Shown piece by piece: positions 8,353-17,071 of a stretch of 32,000 nucleotides of DNA; the first letter of the stretch is position 1, and each line of letters starts with the position of its first letter. Source of the DNA: Halomicronema hongdechloris C2206. GTDB lineage: Bacteria > Cyanobacteriota > Cyanobacteriia > Phormidesmidales > Phormidesmidaceae. The stretch lies in the NCBI RefSeq assembly GCF_002075285.3, contig NZ_CP021983.2:4050001-4082000 (forward strand), written 5' to 3'. The notes beneath the pieces were generated by a model that was given only the letters and a program-made list of their open reading frames with translations, searched no databases and was not told where the DNA came from. The translations under genes were made by a program, and so were the position numbers.

Positions 8353-9324
8353 CCTTCACTACGCGGGCATCTCGCAGACTTTCTCACCCGCCATTACGGT
8401 TCTGTGGTACGTCCTGAGAGACTTTTTTTGACTGCTGGTGCATCACATGGACTTGACCTCATTTCAGGATGCTTTGCGCAACCTGGAGATACGGTATTTG
8501 TTGAGGCTCCAACATACTTCTTAGCACTCAAAATACTCCAAGGGAGGAACTTACGCATTGTATCGGTTCCAACTGATTCTGATGGACTCGATGTAGTTGC
8601 TTTAGAACATTTGCTGGAGATGGAGAAACCAGCATTTCTCTACACAATTCCTGTACATCACAATCCAACAAGTGTCACGCTATCAGTGGTAAGGCGAAGG
8701 AAGTTAATAGAGTTGGCTGAAAAACACAAATTTTTCATCATAGCCGACGAAGTTTATCAACTTCTTAACTATAATGGATATACTCCGAGCCGATTGGCTG
8801 CTTTCGATGATAGCAGAGTCATATCTTTAGGGTCATTCTCAAAGATACTTGCTCCTGGGTTACGGCTTGCTTGGATTGAGACAGAACCGAAGCATTTTTC
8901 TGTACTTGGCCGATGCGGCGTTATCAAAAGTGGTGGTGGCGTCAATCCATTTACTTCAGCGATTGTCGAAAGCGCGATTACACTTGGGCTACAAGATTCT
9001 TATCTAGAGCGCGTACGTAAGGTTTATAGCCAACGGTGTGCTCATATGATCCAAGTCCTTGATCATGTACTTCCTAAAGTAGTAGGTTTTACAAAACCGA
9101 AAGGAGGGTTCTTCGTGTGGCTAAAACTTCCGCAATATATTGATAGTAAGGAGTTACTCGCAGAGGCTCAGATACTCAAAATTGGGTTTCGTCCTGGTTC
9201 CCTCTTCTCGCAAGAAGAAGGTTTCACAAATTTCTTGCGGATTTGTTTCGCTTATTACAATGAAGCTGAAAGCGAGTGGGCCTGCAAGCAACTCGGACGT
9301 TTATTTTCTAGTCATTTACAATAA
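8353..9324 (+). pseudogene. Class I/II PLP aminotransferase, C-terminal 323 codons
   Basis: In frame from the duplication: (AGR)PSLRGHLADFLTRHYGSVVRPERLFLTAGASHGLDL..., HHNPTS, IADEVYQ, and the PLP-lysine motif SFSKILAPGLRLAW. The family looks like aromatic / 2-aminoadipate / kynurenine aminotransferases. Confidence 0.8.
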
Positions 9325-9358
9325 TTCCCACCTTTACTATCGACTTAGTTAATATCAA

Positions 9359-11578
9359 ATGAAAAATTTATTGCCCGTTGAAACATTACTTGCTGAACTT
9401 GGCGCTTTTGGCAAACTGCCCAAAAATAATGTTTTTCATAGAGAATGGACTCAAGAAAACCAGGAGCAAGACTTCAAGACTGCATTGAACAGTCCACTTT
9501 TCGCTCTTCACAAAACTTCTGATGTTAACGACATCGAATCTATCCAAATTGACGACGCACGGCGAGTTTTACGTTTGAAACGGCAGATAGCGTCTTGGAT
9601 CGTAGAGTACGCTGAACTAATCGGTGGAGTCGAGTGGGCTCGCTTATCGCATCAGAGCGAAATCCAAGAAAAGGCTGAACTAATCGCGACCCAATCGCTC
9701 GAAACGAAAGCTGAGATTCTGAGACTGCAAAGAAGAATTGTCAAACGATTTATTGATGGTAGAAGAAACTACTTTGAGCGAGAACAGTCAGCATCCTTCG
9801 ATGAAATCGAAGCAATGGCTAAGGAAAAACGCGAAATTTTCATTATCATAAAATTTATGGACGAAGCACCTCATATAAGGGCTACTTTGAAATCCTTAGT
9901 GAATCAAAAGTCCATAGACATGGAACGTGTCGTAATCGTCGCTGTCGATAATAATTCGACAGATGGCTCAGATAAAATTGTCAAGCTTGTTATTGCCGAA
10001 AACACAAGCAGAGCACGCATAATATATACGAATCAACCGATATCTGGAGGTGGGAGTGCTGCTCGATTTGGTGTAGATCGCATCATTTCAACTATCTATG
10101 AAATGTGCCTCCACGATAATGATTGGGAACGGTTGGAGCGAGCTATAATCGCTGTGTCTGACGGTGATACGGTGTATCATCCTCAGCTACTGGCAGATAA
10201 CGTTGCTATCTTAAATACAGATTCGACTGTGGATGGCGTTATGCCGTTCTTGACCTACAAGTATACGGCTGCTTTACGACTCTTTGCTAAATACACATCC
10301 AGGTTTTCTGAAGACTTGCGACCTCACGCCAATTGCGCCAAAGCTGTGGCTGTCCCTGTTGATCTTTCTACAATAGAAGCTTACATCCAGATACCGCGAC
10401 ACCAGAGGAGAGTGATAGATGATGAAACAATAGAATTGATAATTATTGACCGAGAAGGAGTTGAAACAATTCGAATCGTTAAACTGAATAATCGCGACGC
10501 TCTGGGACGCAAATTTGCCGCTCTCATAGACAATGAAGGACACCTCGCTTACGTCTTGTCGAACCGCACAATCGTTCTTGACGAAGCTCCAGTATCAGGG
10601 ACAGATGCCGCACTTGTTTATTTGGAAAACGATAGCGTGAAGGAAGATGAAAAGTGGCGCTGGCACGCGGTAATCGGTCACGATTTATTTCTAAGTTGGG
10701 CATTTGAAGAAATGGGGCTACCAGAAGAGAGCATTTTCCCAGATACTAGCGATGCATTAAAGATGTTTCGCGTTTGGAGTTTTGCAGTCGGCGGTCAACA
10801 CCAACTAAAGAAACCTGATTTGAATATCGTTACTGGTACGGACTATCAATCGGGTCGAGTCTTGCAGGCAGTTGGTAATGTAATTCGCCTTGGACCAGCT
10901 CATGCATACTCCGAGACCGAGATTGATCGATTGATTAAGATGATCCGTAATTTTGCAAAGGGGCAAAGTGTTTTCTACGGCGAAACCAGAAGCTCGAATG
11001 TTGAAAGAGCAAGTGGGCTCTATTTGCACATGACCCGCATTCAAAATGCGGTCGAAAATGAAGTACGCAACTTCTCTGAAGACTTCTTCAGAGAGGTTGT
11101 TTTCCCAGAAAGGATTATTTTTCCCCTGCGATGGATACTACAGAATGCTGTACGTTTCTATGCACACAAGGAACCATGCGCAAGAGATATTGTAGAACAA
11201 CGAGTGCTAAATACTATATTTTCTCCAGAAACCGTTGTACAAATTAAACAGAAATGGATTACAGAGACAACCATTGCAACGATTAGAAGTGTGGAGTACA
11301 TAAACAAACAGAAGCAAGCTGAGAAAACTGCAGAGGGTATTATAAAAGAGCATTATCGAGAAATAATGTCCTTTTATAAAAAGACGCTACAATCTTTTTT
11401 CGATGCCTATCAGATAGAGCCTCAGCATTATTCTTGGTTGCTCGAAGGCGTAGAGCAGTCGAGAAATGCCCTAGTTGAAGATCTCCCCCGTGTCCATCCT
11501 TCGGCAGTCTGGCAAGGCAAGGAATTTGTTATCGATAACGCTAGAGGGCAGGTCTTAAAATTTTATTCTTCTAGTTAG
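9359..11578 (+). CDS. Large (739 aa) uncharacterised protein with an embedded GT-A (family-2-like) glycosyltransferase core
   Basis: An uninterrupted AT-rich ORF. Residues about 170-290 read IFIIIKFMDEAPHIRATLKSLVNQ...VAVDNNSTDGSDKIV...AVSDGDTVYHP, which fits the GT2 layout (NxxxxL..SL.NQ, DxxSxDGS, DxD). The roughly 170-aa charged/coiled N-terminus and roughly 440-aa C-terminus match nothing I recognise. Confidence 0.7.
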   Translation: MKNLLPVETLLAELGAFGKLPKNNVFHREWTQENQEQDFKTALNSPLFALHKTSDVNDIESIQIDDARRVLRLKRQIASWIVEYAELIGGVEWARLSHQSEIQEKAELIATQSLETKAEILRLQRRIVKRFIDGRRNYFEREQSASFDEIEAMAKEKREIFIIIKFMDEAPHIRATLKSLVNQKSIDMERVVIVAVDNNSTDGSDKIVKLVIAENTSRARIIYTNQPISGGGSAARFGVDRIISTIYEMCLHDNDWERLERAIIAVSDGDTVYHPQLLADNVAILNTDSTVDGVMPFLTYKYTAALRLFAKYTSRFSEDLRPHANCAKAVAVPVDLSTIEAYIQIPRHQRRVIDDETIELIIIDREGVETIRIVKLNNRDALGRKFAALIDNEGHLAYVLSNRTIVLDEAPVSGTDAALVYLENDSVKEDEKWRWHAVIGHDLFLSWAFEEMGLPEESIFPDTSDALKMFRVWSFAVGGQHQLKKPDLNIVTGTDYQSGRVLQAVGNVIRLGPAHAYSETEIDRLIKMIRNFAKGQSVFYGETRSSNVERASGLYLHMTRIQNAVENEVRNFSEDFFREVVFPERIIFPLRWILQNAVRFYAHKEPCARDIVEQRVLNTIFSPETVVQIKQKWITETTIATIRSVEYINKQKQAEKTAEGIIKEHYREIMSFYKKTLQSFFDAYQIEPQHYSWLLEGVEQSRNALVEDLPRVHPSAVWQGKEFVIDNARGQVLKFYSSS

Positions 11579-11674
11579 AGGTCGAGCCAGAGGTCGCCTT
11601 CTGATAGGAGAGCGTCGCTAAATAAGGTAGTGAAACAAAAATCTGCGGTAGATCTAGCGAAGCTGTCATGAAAG

Positions 11675-11713
11675 GCAATCTAACTCGAAATCATTGTTCT
11701 GCAAGGGTTTCAA
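11675..11713 (+). repeat. Copy A of a ~40-bp dispersed repeat (GCAATCTAACTCGAAATCATT...AGGGTTTCAA)
   Basis: It aligns by eye with 14254-14293 (GCAATCTGAACTTGAAATCATT...TAGGTTTTAG) in the same orientation. The two copies bracket the amidinotransferase relic and trpBA. Confidence 0.6.
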
Positions 11714-11876
11714 AATTGGTTTTAAGCGATCGCCAGAGAAGTTTATTTTTGCAATTTTTGGATAGTTTATGAAAAATTGTGATATTTTTTCGAGAACTAA
11801 AATCAATAAAAAATATATACTGCAATAGTCTTAGAGATTATAGATCGAAAGCTATTTTCATCATCTTAAACACTAA

Positions 11877-12065
11877 AAGCTGCAATATTTTCTACAATTG
11901 CCCCTCATGATAACACTGGCTAGTTTTATCCCAATTAAAGAACTGGAACGATATAAAATTGATGTTATTCCCTTGAGTTTACGCCACGCTAGGACTCTCG
12001 GCGGAAGATTTTACTGCGTCACATTAGATGTGAGAAGAAAAGGCTCACTCGAATCCTATGTCTGA
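11877..12065 (+). pseudogene. Amidinotransferase (AGAT / CyrA / SxtG-type), C-terminal relic only
   Basis: The open frame after TAA 11874-11876 reads [62 protein letters not shown]. The end resembles the conserved amidinotransferase C-terminus, which I recall as ...[22 protein letters not shown]. The upstream ~300 codons are absent. Confidence 0.6.
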
Positions 12066-12193
12066 TTATCTCTTTTTTGTCATAGTAGAATCAAATTTTC
12101 TCTGAGTGACAAAAGCGTCTCACTCTTGAGAAAAACAGTCTATATTTATGCAAAGTTTAGCATCCATAACATAAATAGAAATTTCAAATAATC

Positions 12194-13396
12194 ATGACAG
12201 AACAACAATTCAACAAATTACCCGACCAAAATGGCTATTTTGGTAAATATGGAGGGCGTTTTGTACCAGATACCTTGATGGAACCACTGATACAACTTGA
12301 AAAAAACTATTATTCTTTAAAGGGTGATGAGAATTTTCAAAGAGATCTATTACATTTTCAAAAAACCTTTATAGGGAGACCAACTCCTCTATATTTCGCA
12401 GAAAATCTTTCACGGAAAGTAGGTGGCGCGAAAATATATTTCAAGAGAGAAGACTTAGCACATACAGGTGCACACAAAATTAATAATGCCATTGGTCAGA
12501 TTCTTCTTGCCAAATATATGGGCAAAAAGCGAATTGTTGCTGAAACGGGCGCAGGGCAACATGGCGTAGCAACAGCGGCAGCTTCTTCAGTACTCGTTTT
12601 AGACTGCTTAGTCTACATGGGTGAAAAAGATATGGAAAGACAACAGCCCAATGTTGAACGTATGCGATTGATGGGAGCAGAGGTTCAGGCTGTTGAATCA
12701 GGCTCGCGGACTTTAAAGGATGCAGTGAGTGAAGCAATGCGCGATTGGGTAACTAACATTGATGATACTTATTATTTATTAGGATCGTCATTAGGACCAC
12801 ACCCCTATCCCTTAATTGTCCGAGATTTCCAAAAAGTTATAGGTATAGAGGCTAGGAAACAAATTATGGAGGTGGAGACGCAAATGCCAGCCGAAGTTAT
12901 CGCCTGTTTGGGCGGAGGAAGTAATGCTATTGGTATTTTTTATGGATTTATGGAAGACGATGTAAAGCTGATTGGGATTGAGGCAGGAGGGTCTGATATA
13001 TCTCCTGGTCAGCATGCTGCTAGATTTTCTGGTGGACGTATTGGTATTTTTCAAGGAATGAAGACATTCGTCTTGCAGGATCAAGAAGGACAAATTGAAT
13101 TAACGTCAAGTATTTCGGCAGGTTTAGATTATGCAGGAGTTGGTCCTGAGCATGCTAACCTCTTGGATAAAGGACGTGCAAATTATCTCTATGTAAATAA
13201 TGTAGATGCTATGGAAGCATTAAAAATACTTTGTAAAGAAGAGGGCATTATTCCTGCTCTCGAATCAGCGCACGCAATAGCTTATGTACTTAAAAAAGCT
13301 AAAGAATATGATAGGTCGCAAAGTCTTATTGTAAATCTTTCAGGTAGAGGCGATAAAGATGTGAGTATAATCCAAGACTGGAAATTTAAAAAATGA
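12194..13396 (+). CDS. trpB: Tryptophan synthase beta subunit
   Basis: [12 protein letters not shown], the PLP-lysine motif [27 protein letters not shown] and [11 protein letters not shown]. It is full length at 400 aa. Confidence 0.95.
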   Translation: MTEQQFNKLPDQNGYFGKYGGRFVPDTLMEPLIQLEKNYYSLKGDENFQRDLLHFQKTFIGRPTPLYFAENLSRKVGGAKIYFKREDLAHTGAHKINNAIGQILLAKYMGKKRIVAETGAGQHGVATAAASSVLVLDCLVYMGEKDMERQQPNVERMRLMGAEVQAVESGSRTLKDAVSEAMRDWVTNIDDTYYLLGSSLGPHPYPLIVRDFQKVIGIEARKQIMEVETQMPAEVIACLGGGSNAIGIFYGFMEDDVKLIGIEAGGSDISPGQHAARFSGGRIGIFQGMKTFVLQDQEGQIELTSSISAGLDYAGVGPEHANLLDKGRANYLYVNNVDAMEALKILCKEEGIIPALESAHAIAYVLKKAKEYDRSQSLIVNLSGRGDKDVSIIQDWKFKK

Positions 13397-14190
13397 GAAC
13401 TATTCGTGATTCTATTAAAGAAAAAAATAGAGATGGCTATACTGCTTTAGTACCGTATATTCTGCTTGCAGATCCTGATTTTGAAACGACAAAGCAAGTA
13501 ATTTTCGCTTTGTCTCGTACAGGCTGTACAGCAATTGAACTTGGACTTCCCTTCACCGATCCAATAGCTGATGGGCCAGTAATTCAGAAAGCCACAGAGC
13601 GAGCTCTTAACAAAGATATTTCGCTGAAATTAATTTTTCAATTTATTTCAGATTTGAGGAAGGAAGGGTTAAAAATCCCTATTGCAATATATACATACAG
13701 TAACTTGGTTTATAATATTGGGTACGATAGTTTTTGTAAGGAAGCAATAAAAGCGGGGATACAAGGAGTCCTAATTGTTGATCTTCCTCCAGAAGAGGCT
13801 CATGAGTTTATGAATGTAAATTCTCAAGATTCTTTGGAAACTATATTTCTTTGTTCTGCCACTACAAGCGAAGAACGTCTCCCTAAAATCAATAGTGCAT
13901 CAACAGGATTTACCTATTATGTTGCTCAAAAGGGAGTTACTGGAATGCGGGAGTCTTTACCAGACGGATTAACTGAAAAACTTACTAAATTACGTGAATA
14001 TATTACTACTCCGCTTGCCGTTGGTTTTGGTATATCAAAACCTAAACACGCAAAGGCTCTTGCCCCTTATGCAGATGCTATCGTTATAGGAAGTGCGTAT
14101 GTTAATATGTTTGAATCATATCAAGGACGTGAACTTGTTGAAAAGATAGAGTCCTTTACAACTTCTATTGTATCTGAACTTAAAAAATAA
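13393..14190 (+). CDS. trpA: Tryptophan synthase alpha subunit
   Basis: [17 protein letters not shown] (catalytic Glu/Asp region), YYV...GVTG and GFGIS. The ATG overlaps the trpB stop (ATGA). Confidence 0.9.
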   Translation: MRTIRDSIKEKNRDGYTALVPYILLADPDFETTKQVIFALSRTGCTAIELGLPFTDPIADGPVIQKATERALNKDISLKLIFQFISDLRKEGLKIPIAIYTYSNLVYNIGYDSFCKEAIKAGIQGVLIVDLPPEEAHEFMNVNSQDSLETIFLCSATTSEERLPKINSASTGFTYYVAQKGVTGMRESLPDGLTEKLTKLREYITTPLAVGFGISKPKHAKALAPYADAIVIGSAYVNMFESYQGRELVEKIESFTTSIVSELKK

Positions 14191-14253
14191 ACGTTGTTAA
14201 TAGTGGATTTACAGCTGCGACATGGTGAAAAACTAGGGTTGGTGTCACCAGAC

Positions 14254-14293
14254 GCAATCTGAACTTGAAATCATTACAGGCTATAGGTTTTAG
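14254..14293 (+). repeat. Copy B of the ~40-bp dispersed repeat
   Basis: See 11675-11713. It lies at the AT-rich to GC-rich transition. Confidence 0.6.
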
Positions 14294-14430
14294 TCTCTAA
14301 CTCATGGGAACTGGGCAGTGGGAAGTTCTCTGTCCGGTAGCGAGACGGTAAGGAAAACGGACATGGGCTGAGTCAACTGACCCATCATGTCCGAAACTGG
14401 CTGATATAAAGCGTTTCAGCCAGTACTATT

Positions 14431-14801
14431 ATGAAACTTTTCCAGCGTCTTGAGCAAATCTTAGGCGACTTCCGTCCCGTCTTTAGCCGGGAAGCCCCGT
14501 TTCGATGGTTCGTCCTGCTGGTATGGGGCATCCTGCTCAATAGCCAACCGGCAGCGGTTACCAGTTAGGTGAACGCCCTGGGTTTGAGCGAACATGTCTA
14601 TCCGCAGGCGCTGCATTGGTTTGAGTCCAGTGCCTTTAGCGTGCAAACGCTCTGCGAACACTGGGGACAGTGGCTGAGCCAGCATGCTAACGGGTATCGC
14701 ATCAAGGGAGAACGTGTCTATGTGGCAGACGGTATTAAGGTAGCCAAAGAGGGACGAAAGATGCCCGCAGTGAAGCGTCTGCATCAAGAATCTGAGGATG
14801 T
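14431..14801 (+). pseudogene. Transposase N-terminal fragment (IS4/IS701-like), with an in-frame stop and truncated by another IS
   Basis: MKLFQRLEQILGDFRPVFSREAPFRWFVLLVWGILLNSQPAAVTS*VNALGLSE...ADGIKVAKEGRKMPAVKRLHQESEDV. The TAG is at 14566-14568. The frame ends at the inverted repeat of the next element. Confidence 0.55.
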
Positions 14802-16556
14802 GAGCCGACATTCCGCAGGTTGACAGGGAATAAAAGATGTGGAGTGGTCTAGGCTAGAAACCGTTGCTTCTGGCGGTGTCATCCTCCCTTGCAGATTGAA
14901 AATTTAGACCATCTGGGTTTAGTGGCCGGTCTTATCGATGAACTTGGCCTGGTTGAACTGAGCGATGACCTGATTGAGCCCCATTGCTTAGAGCACGTCA
15001 GTGCTGGCCAAGTGGTGAAAGCGATGATTTTGAACGCCCTGGGGTTTCTCAGTGCCCCGTTGTACCTGTTCAGCGAGTTCTTCGAAAGTAAAGCCGTGTC
15101 TCATTTACTGGGAGAGGGGGTTGAGGCCCATCACTTGAATGATGACCGCTTGGGGCGTGTCTTGGATGACCTCTAGGAGGCGGGCACCACCTCATTTTTT
15201 ATGACCGTGGCGCTACAGGCGGTCAACCGATTTGAGATTGACATTCAGCAGCGCCATCTCGATGCCACCTCTATCGCGGTGGAGGGTGAGTATCAGATCG
15301 CCTCCGAGGTCGAAGCGGAAGCCACGCCTGAGTCAGAGCCCCTAAGTGAGCCCTCAGCAGAACCGACCCCGATTCGACTCTGCCGAGGGTACTCCCGAGA
15401 TCACCGCCCGGATTTGAAACAGTTTTTGATGACCCTGGTGTGTGCCGCTGACGGCGGCGTGCCCTTGTGGTTGAAGGTGGCCAGTGGCAATGAGCACGAC
15501 AGTCAGCAGTTCGCGAGTGTAGTGACGGAATTTAGCCAACAGTGGACCAGCGACGGCATCGTTGTCATGGATGCGGCCTTCTATAATGAAGCGAATCTGC
15601 AGCAGCTGGGCTCTATGGGGTGGCTGTCGCGGGTCCCCCTAACGCTGAAAGCCGCTCAAGACCTGGTACATCGCGACGTCACCACACTGAGTGAAGTCCC
15701 CTGCAGCCTGAAGGATTACCGACTGTGGGAGGTGGAGTCGACCTATGGTGGGGTGCCTCAGCGCTGGATTCTGGTCGAAAGCCAGACCCGCAAAGCCGAT
15801 GCCGCCCTCTGGCAACCGGAACTGGAGAAGCTAGAACGCAGGCTCAATCACCAATTGAAATCGCTCAGCCAGCAGACCTTTGCCTGTAAACCCGATGCCT
15901 TAGAGGCCTTGATGCAGTTTCAAGACCGTCTGGAGGTGCATCAGCTCACTCAGGTTTCGGTTCAGACCGTGCGGGCGAAACGCGCCCCCGGTCGTCCGGC
16001 CAAATCCGCCGAGGCCACCCCCGTTCAGGGGTATCGTCTCCAGGCCACCTTGGAGCGCACCACCACCGCCGAAGAGACCTTTAGCCGACAGCGCAGCCGC
16101 TTCATTCTCGCCACGAATCAGCTGGATAATACCCTCTGGCCCGCCGAGAAACTCCTGAGCGAATACAAAGGGCAACAGACCGTGGAGCGAGGCTTTCGCT
16201 TCCTCAAAGACCCCCTCTTCTTTGCCAGTAGCGTCTTTGTCAAAAAGTCCCAGCGAGTTGAAGCCTTGGCCCTGATCATGGCCCTCACCTTGATGGTCTA
16301 TACGCTCGCCGAACGGAAGACTGGACGCCCAGCACCAAACGGTGCGGAACCAACGCAAACAGCCCACCGCTAAGCCCACCTTTCGCTGGATTATGCAGAA
16401 GTTTCAAGGCATTCACTGGGTCAAGCTGGAGGGGCAACGGCAGATTAGCAATCTCAATGATGAGCGGCGACTGATTATTCACCTCTTGGGTCCACCCGTT
16501 GAGCGCTATTACTATGCCCCTGGTTAATTATTTGTCAACCTGCGGAATGTAGGCTC
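14802..16556 (+). mobile_element. IS1634-family (IS4 superfamily) insertion sequence, 24-bp terminal inverted repeats
   Basis: Left end GAGCCGACATTCCGCAGGTTGACA; reverse complement of the right end GAGCCTACATTCCGCAGGTTGACA (23/24). No flanking direct repeat was recognised. Confidence 0.7.
14889..16527 (+). pseudogene. IS1634-family transposase, inactivated (in-frame TAG 15174-15176, frameshift near 16320-16345)
   Basis: IENLDHLGLVAGLIDELGL..., CRGYSRDHRPDLKQFLMTLV (a hallmark of the family), and VVMDAAFYNE. The C-terminus continues in another frame (RNQRKQPTAKPTFRWIMQKFQGIHWV...). Confidence 0.7.
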
Positions 16557-16771
16557 TTAGCCTTGTGTCCGAAAATTGGGGGTCATTTCAAGCTATCGCT
16601 TACTCAGGCGGCCAAATTCGTAGCGTGCTGAGTTACACTCTGTTTGAGTCGGGGTCATGCTGATAAACCGCTGAATGTTTTGTGGTGATTACATTCTCGC
16701 CGGTTTTTGACCCCGATTCATCTTCTCTTGTGAGATATCCGGGCTGAGATATCCCTGATTTGATTGGGCTC

Positions 16772-17071
16772 TTACTTAAACTGACTAGTGGCTCGCTGGA
16801 AGGCTTGATCGAGATCATTCCAGGCACTTTCAAAGCCTTTTTTCACTTCTTCCCAAGCCGATTCACCTGCAGTCTGTAACTCCTGGAGCTTAGCCTGGGC
16901 GGCATCTCGTTTGGTCAGAAGTTCTTCCATTTGGTCGTGGTAGTTGATCTCGGTATCGGCCTTGAGTTGCTCAGCCTTGGCCTTATATTCGTCGATCTGA
17001 GCATTGAGCTTATCGAGTTCGGCGTTTACTTTCTCCTGATAAGCTTGCCGAGTATCTGCTGGTGAATTCAT
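16772..17071 (-). CDS. Small coiled-coil protein, function unknown
   Basis: A 99-aa ORF with heptad-like charged repeats (KVNAELDKLNAQIDEYKAKAEQLKAD...). GGAGG lies upstream of the ATG (GGAGGTATCCCCATG on the - strand). Confidence 0.55.
   Translation of the reverse strand: MNSPADTRQAYQEKVNAELDKLNAQIDEYKAKAEQLKADTEINYHDQMEELLTKRDAAQAKLQELQTAGESAWEEVKKGFESAWNDLDQAFQRATSQFK

Noticed and set aside
12066-12193. Two mutually exclusive hairpins upstream of trpB (12072-12082/12107-12115 and 12104-12109/12120-12125), which suggested a trp attenuator or T-box.
   Set aside because: There is no leader peptide with Trp codons, no T-box specifier or T-box sequence, no U-tract after either stem, and the stems are short and AT-rich.
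15900-16379. A 159-aa - strand ORF lies inside the IS1634-family element.
   Set aside because: It is antisense to the recognisable transposase frame, Gly-rich and without motifs.
16557-16660. A possible continuation of the truncated transposase (14431-14801) after the IS1634-family element, which would imply a simple insertion.
   Set aside because: Reading on from ..HQESEDV gives VSLVSENWGSFQAIAYSGG..., which has no transposase-like sequence. No target duplication is present. The remainder of that gene appears to be deleted rather than displaced.
16633-16833. A 66-aa - strand ORF downstream of and overlapping the coiled-coil gene.
   Set aside because: It overlaps the better-supported 16772..17071 gene out of frame and has no start context or motif.
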